A DNA stretch of 64,000 nucleotides from Squalus acanthias (Eukaryota), in NCBI GenBank assembly GCA_030390025.1, contig CM059433.1:137144001-137208000 (forward strand), read 5' to 3'. The notes beneath the pieces were generated by a model. That model was not told where the DNA came from, made no database searches, and saw nothing but the letters and a program-made list of their open reading frames with translations. Below are positions 36,289-49,210 of the stretch, piece after piece. Positions within the stretch are counted from its first letter, which is position 1. Each line of letters starts with the position of its first letter. The position numbers and the translations under genes were made by a program.

Positions 36289-37601
36289 TTTGTGTCCTCC
36301 TCACAACTTGATAACCCACCTATCTTTGTATCATCAGCAAATTTGGTAACAGTACACTCAGTCCCTTCATCCAAGTCATTAATATAGATTGTAAATAGTT
36401 GAGGCCCCAGCACTGACCCCTGTGGCATCCCACTAGTTACTGGTTGCCAACCGGAAAATGACCCATTTATCCCGACTCTCTGTTTTCTGTTAGTTAGCCA
36501 ATCCCCTATCCATGCCAAAATATTACCCCTAACCCCCGTGCGCTCTTATCTTGTGCAGTAACCTTCTATGTGGCACCTTATCGAATGCCTTCTGGAAATC
36601 CAAATACACCACATCCACTGGCTCCCCTTTTTCTGCCCTGTTTGTTACATCCTAAAAGAACTCTAGCAAATTTGTCAAACACGATTTCCCTTTCATAAAA
36701 CCATGTTGACTCTGTTTGATTGTCTTCTGATTTTCTAAATGTCCTGCTATTACCTCCTTAATAATGGATTTCAGCATTTTCCCAATGACAGATGTTAGGC
36801 TAACTGGCCTATAGTTTCCTGCTTTCTGTCTCCCTCCTTTCTTGAATAGTGGCGTTACATTTGCGGTTTTCCAATCCGCTGGGACCTCTCCAGAATCCAG
36901 GGAATTTTGGTAGATTACAACCAACGCATCCACTATCTCTACAGCCACTTCTTTTAAGACCCTAGGATGCAGACCATCAGGTCCAGGGGACTTGTCGGCC
37001 TTTAGCCCCATTAGTTTGCCTAGTACTTTTTCTCTAGTGATCGAGATTGTTTTAAGTTCCTCCCTCCCTATAGCCCCTTGATTATCTATTATTATTGGGA
37101 TGTTTTTAGTGTCTTCTACCGTGAAGACTGATCCAAAATAATTGTTTAGAGTCTCTGCCATTTCTCTATTTCCCATTATTAATTCCCAAGTCTCATCCTC
37201 TAAGGGACCAACATTTACTTTAGCTACTCTCTTCCTTTTTATATACCTGAAGATGCTCTTACTGTCTGTTTTTATATTATTTGCTAGTTTACTCTCATAC
37301 TCTACCTTCTCCCTCTTTATAATTTTTTTAGTCATCCTTTGCTGGTTTCTAAAAATTTCCCAATCCTCTGGCCTACCACTAATCTTCGCAACATTGTATG
37401 CCTTTTCTTTCAATTTGATACCATCCTTAACTTCCTTAGTTAGACAGGGATGATGCATCCTTCTCGTAAAGCCTTTCTTTCTCACTGGAATACACCTTTG
37501 CTGAGATTTATGAAATATCTCCTTAAATGTCTGCCACTGCTGATCTACCGTCCTACCCTTTAATCTGTTTTCCCAGTCCACTTTAGCCAACCCTGTCCTC
37601 T

Positions 37602-37954
37602 TAAAATAAAAACAGAAAATGCTGGAAATACTCAGCAGGTCAGGCAGCATCTGTGGAGAGAGAAACAGAGTTAAAGTTTCAGGTCGACGACCCTTCGTCA
37701 GAACTGGAAAAAGCTGGAGATCGAGCAGGTTTTTAAGCAAGTGCAGGGGCAGGGAAAAGGGGGAGGGGAGGAAAGAACAAAAGGGAAGGTCTGTGATAGG
37801 ATGGAAGGCAGGAGAGATTAAGAGACATTAAGAGATGGTGCAAGGCAAAAGGAGATGGTAGTGGGACAAGTTAAGAAACAAAAGATGGCTCTAGATGGAA
37901 GGCAGGAGAGAGTAAGAGACATTAAGAGATGGTGCAAGGTAAAAGGAGATGGTA
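37602..37954 (-). mobile_element. Penelope-like 3' UTR fragment with hammerhead motif (37669-37705)
   Basis: agtt CTGACGA agggtcgtcgacct GAAA cttt aact; homologous to 28813-29036; ~60-bp internal duplication (37800-37860 / 37894-37954). Confidence 0.75.
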
Positions 37955-38581
37955 ATACCCTTGTATTTCCCTAAAGGCCCCTTTACTACAAGGTTATTAA
38001 TTAACCCTTTCTCATTGAACAATACCAGATCTAAAATAACCTGTTCCCTAGTTGGTTCCTCAACATACTGATCTAGAAAACCATCTTGTATATATTCGAA
38101 GAATTCGTCCTCCAGACTATTACTGGAAATTTGGTTTTCCCAGTCTATATGTAGATTAAAGTCCCCCATGATTACTGTATTACCCTTGTTACATGCACCT
38201 CTAATTTTCTGATTTATACTCTGCCCTACAATAAAACTACTGTTTGGGGGCCTATAAACAAATCCCACCAATGTTTTCTGCCCCTTGCTGTTTCTGAACT
38301 CCACCCAAACTGATCCTAATTCTTGATTTTCAGAGCTAAGATCCTTTCTCTCTATCCCATCTTTATCCCATCCTTTATTATCAGGGCTACCCCTCCTCCT
38401 TTTCCATTTTGCCTATCTCTGCTAAAAGTTAAGTATCTTGGAATATTTAGTTCCCAACCTTGGCCACTTTGCAACCATATCTCCGTAAAGGCTATCTGCC
38501 CTCTCAGGTGGATGTAAAAGATCCCACGGCACTATTTCAGAGAAAAGCAGGGGTGTTCTCCCAGGTGTCCTGGTCAATAGT

Positions 38582-39560
38582 TATTTTTATTTTATTCGTT
38601 TATGGGATGTGGGTGTCGCTGGCAAGGCCAGCATTTATTGCCCATCCCTAATTGCCCTTGAGAAGGTGGTGGTGAGCCACTTTCTTGAACCGCTGCAGTC
38701 TGTGTGGTGATGATACTCCCACAGTGCTGTTAGGAAGGGAGTTCCAGGATTTTGACCCAGCGACGATGAAGGATCGGCGATATACTTCTAAGTCAGGATG
38801 GTGTGTGACTTGGAGGGGAACTTGGAGGTGGTGGTGTTCCCATGCGTCTGCTGCCCTTCTAGGTGGAAGAGGTCGCAGGTTTGGGAGGTGCTGCCGAAGA
38901 AGTCTTGGTGAGTTGCTGCAGTGCATCTTGTAGATGGTACACCCTGCAGCCACGGTATGCCAGTGGTGGAGGGAGTGAATGTTTAAGGTGGTGGATGGGG
39001 TGCCAATCAAACGGGCTGCTTTGTCCTGGATGGTGTCCAACTTCTTGAGTGTTGTTGGAGCTGCACTCATCCAAGCAAGTGGAGAGTATTCCATCACACT
39101 CTTGACGTGCCTTGTAGATGGTGGAAAGGCTTTGTGGAGTCAGGAGGTGAGACACTCGCCGCAGAACACCCAGCCTCTGACCTGCTCTTGTTGCCACAGT
39201 ATTTATGTGGCTGGTCCAGTTAAGTTTCTGGTCAATGGTGACCCCCAGGATGTTGATGGTGGGGGATTCAGCGATGGTAATGCCTCTAAATGTCAAGGGG
39301 CGGTGGTTAGACTCTCGCTTGTTGGAGATAGTCATTGCCTGGCACTTGTGTGGCGCGAATGTTACCTGCCACTTATCAGCCCAAGCCTGAATGTCATTCA
39401 GGTCTTGTTGCATGCGAGCATGGACTGCTTCATTATCTGAGGAGTTGTGAATGGCACTGAACACTGTGCAGTCATCAGCGAACATCCCCATTTCTGACCT
39501 TATGTTGGAGGGAAGGTCATTGCTGAAGCAGTTGAAGATGTTTGGGCCTAGGTCACTGCC
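38582..39560 (-). mobile_element. Family-B LINE 3' fragment inserted in a SINE
   Basis: LGPNIFNCFSNDLP...FADDCTVF...YSPLAWMSAAPT. Confidence 0.9.
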
Positions 39561-40569
39561 AAGCAACCAACATCACTGTTCCAGATTATCTGGTCATTGT
39601 CACATCAATGTTTGTGTGACCTTGCTATTTGCAAATTGGCTGCTGCATTTCTCACATTACAACAGTGACTGCACTTCAAAAGTACTTCATTGATTGTGAA
39701 AGGCTTTGGGACGTTCTGAGGACATGAAGGATGCCATATAAATGCAAGCCCTTCTTCTTTTGCATGTATTCCACCAATGAACTGCTACTTCACTAGCAAC
39801 CAAGCCACCCTGAAAAAGGGCAAAACCTTCTCCTGCTATTGATATAAGTTAGAAAAGTGTTAACGTCATTTCTGACACACAAGGCATTAGTCACCTGATG
39901 ATTGCAATTGTGCATTTCAAATTGAGTGATCTGGCAAAACTCCGCTGACTCACCTTGAAAGGAGAAAGTTACGTAAAAGTTTTCTGTGGTGTAAATTATG
40001 AGTGGCAGCAGCAGGGCTTTTCACCATAATGTTTTTGTTGCAGGAGTGCTCTCCATGGGCCTTGCAAGAAATTCCTGTGTCGCTCCAGCCCTGGCCTTGA
40101 TTCTCCCTCAGCGTTGCCATTGGATGCCAAAGCCCTTGCCCCGTGCTAACTTTATGCTGAGGACCTTTCCCTCGGATCTCTGACGTCCGAAGGCCCCCTA
40201 CCCGATTTCTGCTCCCGCCCGCCTGCCCTCATGTCAGACCTGTCAGTTTCAGAAGGGAGATTATCCTGGATTATTTAAATGAGGCCCATGAGTTAAAATG
40301 ACCCAGGCCTCATGCCCGCACCCCTGTCATCCCGATCTGGCCCCCCCAGTTAAAATCAAGGCCGTGGATTAGGACTACTGCTCACATGGAGGATAAACAC
40401 CAACACAGACTGGTTGGGCCAAACAGCCTATTTCAGTGTTGTAATATCTATGTACTTCAATGCATTATCGGAAATCTCTATTGGGAATACTGGCCTTCAG
40501 TTAGAAAATGCAGCCTTCTACTAGGAGCCAATGCCGGCATTAAGCTGATTGAGAACTTTTAAAATTTTA

Positions 40570-42424
40570 TGCTGCTAAATTCGGCTCCGTAGCACACAGT
40601 TTTTCAGCACTACGGGTGCCGATTTGGGTCCAAAATGGCATCCACAGTGGGCGCGCACACTTTTGGTGCAGGCCGCATCGGACGCCATTTTGCCAATGTC
40701 GTTAGCGTGGGCGCTGGGAGTGTGCGCCGGAAATATGCAGAGTGCGCAGATCGTGACGCCAATCAGCGTGCAATGCTGACTTGATGCCAGTGCTGCCATT
40801 TTCAACTTCAACGCTACAGCGAACACCCTCTCTTAAACACGCACAGCTGAACATGTGTTCAGCGGCATGAAGGACCTCCCCATCAGCGCTATTTAAAGGG
40901 ATCATTAAGTGCTTTCTGGTTAGTTGCTGATTGATTCCTATTGTCCCTTGGTGGGTTTGTAGAAGTGTTTGGTGGTTTGTTATCTTATTTGAAGTTGCTG
41001 AAGTGTCCAGGGAGTGGTGTGGCAGGTTACTTCATCGCTTCTGCTCAGACCAGTTGCTCCCAGACATGGGTGCAGTAGTTTGTATCCCCCTTGGCCTGCA
41101 GCATGATGGGGAGAATGAGCAGAGGCGACACAGAGGAGGACAAACTACTCAAAGAAAGAGGAGGAGGAGGGGTAGAAGGGCTCTCAGCAGGAGGTCATAT
41201 CCAGAGAGCAATTCTCCTATCTCAACCTCAGAGAGGAACAGTGTATGCAATGTCTCCACATCACTAAGGAGGTGCTCACTGAATTCTGCCACCTATTGCA
41301 GGCAGAACTGCAGCTTCAGAGTCGGGCGAAGACGACATTGCCAGTGGCTGTCAAGGTGAATGTAGCTATGAATTTTTATGTGTCAGGCTGGAGCTGGTGT
41401 TATTTGCAACATGTCCCATTTCGCCGTGCACTGTTGCATAAGGGAGGTCACTGAGGCTCTGTATGCAAAAAGAGGTGAATACATTTCATTCTCTCTTGCC
41501 AGAGAGAAGCATGCAGAGTGAGGCTGGGCTCCAAGCTCTGTGCAAAGCCTTGTGCAAGGTTGGTACTAGGCTCCTCCATGCTCCCTAACATTGCATTCAG
41601 GCTTTCTGGCAGGTCTGCCAATGCACCAAGCATTTCATTGTGCATACCCAGCCTTCTTTTGTAGGCCACCTCATTGAAGTCCTCATCTGAGTCCTGAGCC
41701 ACCTTGTCCTGCAAGAGAAAGTGAAGTGTGTCAGTGAGTGTGGTGCAATGTGTTTGGGTGATGTGCCTTCATGGTTAAATAGCTGACATTGTGCGCAAGC
41801 TGTGAGATGTGGGTGTGAGGCTTGCAGCAGTGCTAAGATATGTGAGGGTTAGGTGAAGCTGTTAATGTGAGGTATGGGTCGTGATTGATAGAGATTGTTG
41901 GCAGGTGAGCGAAGGGGGTGTGGTGAACTGAGCAGTGTCTGAGGCTAGTGGTTCACTTGTAAGGATATGGCGTTTGAAGATGAATTCACTGACCTTGACA
42001 TTAAACTTCTCACTGCACTGCGTCCAGGTCCTCGGGGTACACTGCTGACATTGACTACAATGGCTATTCTCTCCCATTGCCTTCTCCGACTTTGTCTGGA
42101 GAGCCTCCTGGCCCCCTGTTGAAACAGGGCCCCTCTCAACGCCTCCAGTGCTGCATCAGAGAACCTTGGAGCACGCTCTCTGCCATGTACTCAATGTTGT
42201 TCTTGCTCAGACTCTGTTCCCCAGCCAGTTGAATTACCAGCTGCGGCCAGAATGCACCTCCCCTTTAAGAGGTGCAGGCTCGCTTTAAGTGGTGCTATCC
42301 TTGCACGAACATGGGCCCTCTGCTGAGGCGTGCAGCCACTCAGCAGTGCATTCAGCGCTGGGCTGCACGCCACAATTATTATAATTAGCAGGCAGCACAC
42401 AAGGGGCTGTCAAATTTTTAGTCC
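40570..42424. mobile_element. Decayed Harbinger element: 5' transposase piece (+, ~41066-41515) joined to a Myb-gene piece (-, ~41520-42190)
   Basis: KEVLTEFCHLLQAELQLQSRAKTTLPVAVKVNVAMNFY; minus strand ERAPRFSDAALEAL...RTWTQCSEKFN; left end similar to 14190-14560. Confidence 0.75.
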
Positions 42425-43015
42425 TTAATGTTTTTAAAAGTACTTATAACTTAAAGCCAGTTCCCAGGCCATGAGGTGGCAGCAGATAGGAATGTGTGGG
42501 GAGTAACAGTGAAAAGGGACACGAAGGGGCTGGCACTTCAGCCTGATATACGCTCCCAGAGCCATACCATCACCCCCCATACCTCTTCCCAATATCTCCT
42601 GGCTCCCATTACCCCTCCTCACAACCATGTCTTCTACCCTGATCCTTACTTTCCTATTGCTTCTCCTCCAATTTAGTCCCCAATTCTGCCCATCATTAAC
42701 CGCTCCCCTCTCACCCATCTCCTCACTACCCATCATCTAATGCTCACCACATCCACTTCCCTGCCCTCTACCTTCCTTAATCCCTTTCTCCAAATACCTC
42801 CCCTTTCCATTCTCTCACTCACTCACTCCCATTGCGTCCCTGGCCCTTAGCATTATCCCTTTACCCTGTAGCTCCCTGTCACTTCCCTGCCCTGCATTCT
42901 ATCATTTCCTTCCCACTCCCCTCAGTCCCATTGCCTCTCCATTACCAACGTCTACTTCCTTCACTCCCCAAATCTCCCCCGTTCCTTCTCTTCACTCCCA
43001 CTCCTATACCCCTGA

Positions 43016-43660
43016 ACAATAACAATAACAACTTGCATTTATATAGCGCCTTAACATAGTAAAAACATCCCAAGGCGCTTCACAGGAGCATTATTGAACA
43101 AAATTTGACATCGAATCACATAAAGAGATATTAGGACTGGTGATCAAAAGCTTGTTCAAAGAAGTAGGTTTTAAGGAGTGACTTAACGGATGAGAGAGAA
43201 GTAGGTGGAGAGGTTTAGGGAGGGAATTCCGGAGCTTAGGGCCTAAGCAGCTGAAGGCACGCCACCAAGGGTGGAGTGATTAAAATTGGGGATGCGCAAG
43301 AGGGCAGAATTGGAGGAGCGCAGAAATCTCAAGAGGGTTGTAAGGTTGTAGGGCTGGAGGAGATTACAGAGATAGGGAGGGGCAAGGCCATGGAAGGATT
43401 TAAACACAAGGATGAGAATTTTAAAATTGAGGCATTGTCAGACCTGGAGCTAATCTAAGTTATCGAGTACTGGGGTGATGGATGAATGGGACTTGGTGTG
43501 AGTTAGGATACAGGCAGCAGAGTTTTGAATGAGATCAAGTTTACGGAGGGTGGAAGGTGGGAAGCCAGCCAGGAGATCATTGGAATAGTTGAGTGTGGAG
43601 GTAATAAAGGCATGGATGAGGGTTTCAGCAGCAGATGAGCTGAGGCGGGGCAGAAATGGG
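43016..43660 (-). mobile_element. L2 LINE 3' fragment
   Basis: Tail aaggcgctatataaatgcaagttgttattgtt; homologous to 20606-20870; upstream L2-type IHAFITSTLNYSN. Confidence 0.82.
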
Positions 43661-43879
43661 CCATATTACCCACTTCAAGGCTGCTATATCTTTCCTGAGT
43701 TTTGGTGCCCAAAGCTGAACGTGGTACTCCAGATGGGGTTTGACCAAGGCTCTGTACAACTGAAGCATCACTTCCTCACTCCTGCGCCACCTGGCCCCAC
43801 AAAAGTAAGTTTTAAACTTACCTTACATAGCCTGTGCTGGGTGTCTGGCAACTTCCACTGTACACTCCATCTACTGGTT

Positions 43880-44995
43880 GTTAAATGACTTTGTGGTCCT
43901 ATCTGAGCAATAGGCCACCAAATAGTGGGAAGGAGATCGAGGAACAAACTTGTAGGCAAATTGCAGAAAAATGCAAGAACTTCAGAGTCGTGATAATGGG
44001 GGTTTTAGTTATCCTAGTATAGACTGGGATAGTAACAGTGTAAAGGGCAAAGAGGAGGAGGATTTCCTGAAATGTGTACAAGAGAACTTTCTGGATCAGT
44101 GTATTTCCAGCGCAATGAGGAAGGAAACAGTGCTGGATCTAGTTCTGGAAGAAGTGGGGAAAGTGGAGAATGTTTCATTGGGGGAGCATTTGGGAAACAG
44201 TGATCACAATATCAACAGGTTTAGAATAGTTATGGAAAGGACAAGGACAAATCAAGCATAAAAACACTTTACTGGAGTAGGGCTAAGACAAAGAGGAAGT
44301 ACTTAAATGGTTGGCAACGCTGAAAGTAGAAAAGTCACCAGGTCCAGATGGATGCATCCTAGTTACTGAAGAAATTGCAAAGCTTCTGGCCAAAATCTTT
44401 CAATCCTCCTTGGATATGTGAGTAGTGCCAAAGGACTGGAGGATTGCAAATATTACACTCCTGTTCAAAAAAGGGGACAAGGGTAACCCCAATAACTACT
44501 GACCAGTCAGTCTAACGTTGGTGGTGGGGAAACTTCTGGAGACCATAATCTGGGACAAAATTTATCGTCACTTGAGAAAGCTGGATAATAAATGACAACC
44601 AACACAGATTTGGTAAAGGCAAATTGTGTCTGACAAACTTGATTGAGTTCTTTGACAAAATAACAGAGAGGGTTGATGAAGGTAGCACAGTTGATGTTAT
44701 GCATATCAACTTTCAAAAGGCTTTTGATAATGTGCCACATAATAAACTTGTTAGCAAAGAGTAGTGGTGAATGGTTGCATTCACACTGGAGGGAGTTATA
44801 CAATGGTGTCTCCCAGGGGTTGTTATTAGGACCACAGCTCTTTTTGATATATATTAATGACCTGGACTTGGGTAGAAGGGGCACAATTTCAAAGTTTGTA
44901 GCTGATACAAATCTTTGAAATGTAGTAAACAGTGAGAAGGATAGTAGCAGACTTCAGGAGGACATAGGCAGGCTGAAGAAATCGGCAGACACATA
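43880..44995 (+). mobile_element. Old, deleted CR1 ORF2 fragment
   Basis: YPSIDWD, LDLVL, SDHN, GVSQG..LGPQLF.IYINDL, KFVADT. Confidence 0.75.
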
Positions 44996-45815
44996 GGCCC
45001 CGATCTTGACTGGGGTGAGCTTTGCGATCGGGGTCGGGGGAGGAGATTTAGTCGGAAAAATGCTGTGTAGTTTTAATGTCACAACGTGTGTCTTTTTTTC
45101 CAGCAGGTTACTTGCCCAGAAACCAGTCTGATCGACGGGTTTGGCACCCTGTCATGCGGGAACGCTCTGGAGGAGGCCGCAGGCATAGGAGCTGGTAGGG
45201 AGCCTGCAGCTGGGTTAGTGGTAGCGTGGAGCCAGCCAGCGTTAAACCTGGAAGATAGATTAAATCTGAAACACGTGGCTTCATTATAGAAAGTGCAGGG
45301 GGAAATGAACGAGGAAATTAGGAAAACAAAGAGAGGGCATGAAAAAATATTGACAAGTAAAATCAAGGAGAACCCAAAGATGTTTTACAAGAGGATAACT
45401 AAAGAAAGAGTAGGGTCTATTAGAGACCAAAAAGGTAACCTGTGTGTTGAGGCAGAAGGCATGGCTATGGTTCTTAATGAATACTTTGCGTCTGTCTTCT
45501 CAAAAGAGAGGGACGATGCAGATATTGCAGTTAAGGAGGAGGAGTGGAAATATTAGATGAGATAAACATAGTGAGAGAGGAAATATTAAGGGGTTTAGCA
45601 TCTTTGAAAGTAGATAAATCACCAGGCCCGGATGAAATGTATCCCAGGCTGTTAAGAGAAACAAGGGAGGAAATAGCGGAGGCTCTGACAATCATTTTCC
45701 AATCCTCTCTGGCTACAGGTGTGGTCATGATGCGGAGATGCCGGTGTTGGACTGGGGTGGACAAAATTGAGAGGTCGCACAACACCAGGTTATAGTACAA
45801 CAGTTTTATTTGAAA

Positions 45816-45857
45816 TCACAAGCTTTCGGAGCTATCGATTGCCCCTTCCTCAGGTGA
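45816..45857 (-). ncRNA. Inverted copy of the same hammerhead motif
   Basis: Exact reverse complement of 49169-49210. Confidence 0.8.
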
Positions 45858-46169
45858 AGTAAATAGATATAGAATCGCCAAAGCATATATAGATAGAGAA
45901 CAAAGCATGTGTACCTTACAATTGCAGACCACTAAATTAAATCATCCTGACTATCTGCCGAGGTGTGATAAAGTTAATCAGGTCAGCCAGGAAGGTACCA
46001 CATCAAAGACATAGCAAGATACAACTGAGACAATGAGGTGTAGTCGCAGGGGTTCTAACGTGTCAAAAGCTGCCGTCTGTATGTAAAACAAAAAGCTTTA
46101 ACATTTTTACTTTTGTTGTGCGACCTCTCAATTTTGTCCACCCCAGTCCAACACCGGCATCTCCGCATC

Positions 46170-48840
46170 ATGACCACTATCGACACCACAAACTGCCGGC
46201 TCAAAGTGGAGAGAATCGCCAAGAAGATCGCGCATATCGACACCGACATCAAGTATCTACAGAGATGCAAGAAAGCAGACAAGATCCCGAAAGGACTACA
46301 GATCACGAACCCACTCAAGTCGACATACAACACAGACTACGCTGAGAGACTCTGCCGTCGTACCTCTCGCACACTCCTCAACCATCTCGTACACCAGCTC
46401 TACAGCAAACGCCACAACCTCGAAACCAAGATAGAGTCCATGCTCTCAGCCTGTGCTCAGGACACAGCAGACCAGTTACGAGACACCACCAAACAGACGA
46501 GGCAACGGAACTACGCTGCCTACATGCGCATCAAGAACAGGAAGCTTGAGAAACTCGGCATCACCACCAGCAGCAACCAAGCCTCCCCCGGTACCACGGC
46601 TGCAACCACAGGGAAGTCCATCGTCAACTTGTCCGACCATACCCTTCAACCAGACGAAATCGAAGTTCTCGCCCTAGGGCTCAAGTTCTGCCCAACCACC
46701 AAAATGGACCCCATCGGTCTCGCGGCAGACACGGAGGAATTCATCAGGAGAATGAGGCTCCGGGAATACTTCCACAAATCCCAAGATGTCAGCAACAAAC
46801 CCAATGAGACAATCAATGATCCAGAACAGCAGACAGAGGGACTCGCAGTGCAGCAACCGAAGAAAAAAGAGTCAAACTGGACCCCTCCGGAGGGTCGCTG
46901 CCCCAAGCTTGACATGTATGCTCAAGCTGTCAGGAGATGCATCAACGCCAGATTCATCAGCCGCACTCACAAGACAGTCCAGAATGTCACCCGAGCACAA
47001 CGCAACGCCATCCACGCTCTCAAGACCAACCGCAACATTGTCATCAAACCAGCGGACAAAGGAGGAGCCATCGTCATACAGAACAGAACGGACTATTGTA
47101 AAGAAGCATACCGACAACTGGACAACCAGGAACACTACAGACAGCTACCCGCAGATCCGACCAAAGAACACACCCGCCAACTCAATAGACTGATCAAGAC
47201 CTTCGATCCAGACCTTCAAAACATCCTACGCGCTCTCATCCCACGTACTCCCCGCGTGGGAGACTTCTACTGCCTCCCAAAGATACACAAAGCCAACACA
47301 CCCGGACGTCCTATCGTATCAGGCAATGGAACCCTGTGTGAGAACCTCTCTGGATACGTCGAGGGCATACTGAAACCCATCGTACAGGGAACCCCCAGCT
47401 TCTGTCGCGATACTACAGACTTCTTACAGAAACTCAGCACCCACGGACCAGTTGAACCAGGAACACTCCTTGCCACGATGGACGTATCGGCACTCTACAC
47501 CAGTATCCCCCACGATGACGGCATCGCTGCAACAGCCTCAGTACTCAACACCAACAACAGCCAATCTCCAGACGCCATCCTACAACTCATCCGCTTCATC
47601 CTTGACCACAATGTCTTCACCTTCGACAACCATTTTTTTACCCAAACACACGGAACAGCCATGGGGACCAAATTCGCACCCCAATACGCCAACATCTTCA
47701 TGCACAAGTTCGAGCAAGACTTCTTCGCTGCACAGGACCTCCAGCCAACGCTGTACACCAGATACATCGACGACATTTTCTTCCTTTGGACCCATGGCGA
47801 AGGATCACTGAAAAGACTACACGATAACATAAACAAGTTCCATCCCACCATCAAACTCACCATGGACTACTCCTCAGAATCGATTTCATTCCTGGACACA
47901 CGAATCTCCATCAAAGACGGACACCTCAGCACTTCACTCTACCGCAAGCCCACGGACAACCTCACGATGCTCCACTTCTCCAGCTTCCACCCTAACCATG
48001 TTAAAGAAGCCATCCCCTATGGACAAGCCCTGCGAATACACAGGATCTGCTCAGACGAGGAGGAACGCGATGGACACCTACGGACGCTGAAAAACGCCCT
48101 CGTAAGAACGGGATATGACGCTCGACTCATCGATCGACAGTTCCGACGGGCCACAGCGAAAAATCGCATAGACCTCCTCAGAAGGCAAACACGGGACACA
48201 ACCAACAGGGTACCCTACGTCGTCCAGTACTTCCCCGGAGCGGAGAAACTACGCCATGTTCTTCGCAGCCTTCAACATGTCATCGATGACGACAAACGCC
48301 TCGCTAAGGCCATCCCCACGCCTCCACTACTTGCCTTCAAACAGCCGCCTAACCTCAGAAGTACCATCGTTCGCAGCAAATTACCCAGCTTTCAGGATAA
48401 CAGCGACCACGACACCACACAACCCTGCCACGGCAAACTCTGCAAGACATGCCAGATCATCAACACAGATACCACCATCACACGTGAGGACACTAACCAC
48501 CAGGTACATGGTACATACTCATGTGACTCGGCCAACGTTGTCTACCTCATACGTTGCAGGAAAGAAGGCATGGTACATCGGCGAGACCATGCAGACACTG
48601 AGACAACGTATGAACGAGCACCGCGCAACAATCGCCAGACAGGATTGTTACCTCCCAGTCGGGGAACACTTCAGCAGTCAAGGACATTCAGCCTCGGATC
48701 TGCGGGTAAGCGTTCTGCAAGGCAACCTTAGAAACACACGACAACGCAAAATCATCGAGCAGAAACTGATAGCCAAGTTCCGCACTCATGAAGACGGTCT
48801 CAACCAGGATCTTGGGTTTATGTCACGATACATGACGTGA
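46170..48840 (+). pseudogene. Penelope RT + GIY-YIG endonuclease ORF with a single frameshift at ~48565
   Basis: ATG 46170; IKPADKGGA, LPKIHK, GRPIVS, MDVSALYTSI, GTAMG, RYIDDIF, YRKPT; Cys linker PCHGKLCKTC; NVVYLIRC / WYIGET...RMNEH...EQKLI in shifted frames. Confidence 0.93.
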
Positions 48841-49168
48841 TCCGGACTCGAGTCGTCGTTGGCTTGTTCACAGATGTGATTCCCAGTAAAAAAGTAAACA
48901 TTTTCCCAGTAAAAAAGTAAAAATTTTAAAGCTTTTCGTTTTACATACAGACGGCAGCTTTTGACACGTTAGAACCCCTGCGACTACACCTCATTGTCTC
49001 AGTTGTATCTTGCTATGTCTTTGATGTGGTACCTTCCTGGCTGACCTGATTAACTTTATCACACCTCGGCAGATAGTCAGGATGATTTAATTTAGTGGTC
49101 TGCAATTGTAAGGTACACATGCTTTGTCTCTATCTATATATGCTTTGGCGATTCTGTATCTATTTACT

Positions 49169-49210
49169 TCACCTGAGGAAGGGGCAATCGATAGCTCCGA
49201 AAGCTTGTGA
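49169..49210 (+). ncRNA. Minimal type I hammerhead ribozyme motif in the Penelope 3' pseudo-LTR
   Basis: tcac CTGAGGA a ggggc aatcgata gctcc GAAA gctt gtga; palindromic AAGCTT stem III. Confidence 0.82.

Larger units (their letters stand above)
28429..38490 (-). mobile_element. CR1 LINE split into 28429-28812, 32547-33040, 36289-37601 and ~37955-38490 by nested insertions
   Basis: The pieces are colinear CR1 ORF2 (endonuclease YRPPN/GDFN through RT to 3' UTR). Confidence 0.85.

Noticed and set aside
42450-43015. Pro/Ser-rich ORFs in a pyrimidine-rich tract
   Set aside because: Low-complexity CT-rich sequence with no recognisable domain or splice structure.
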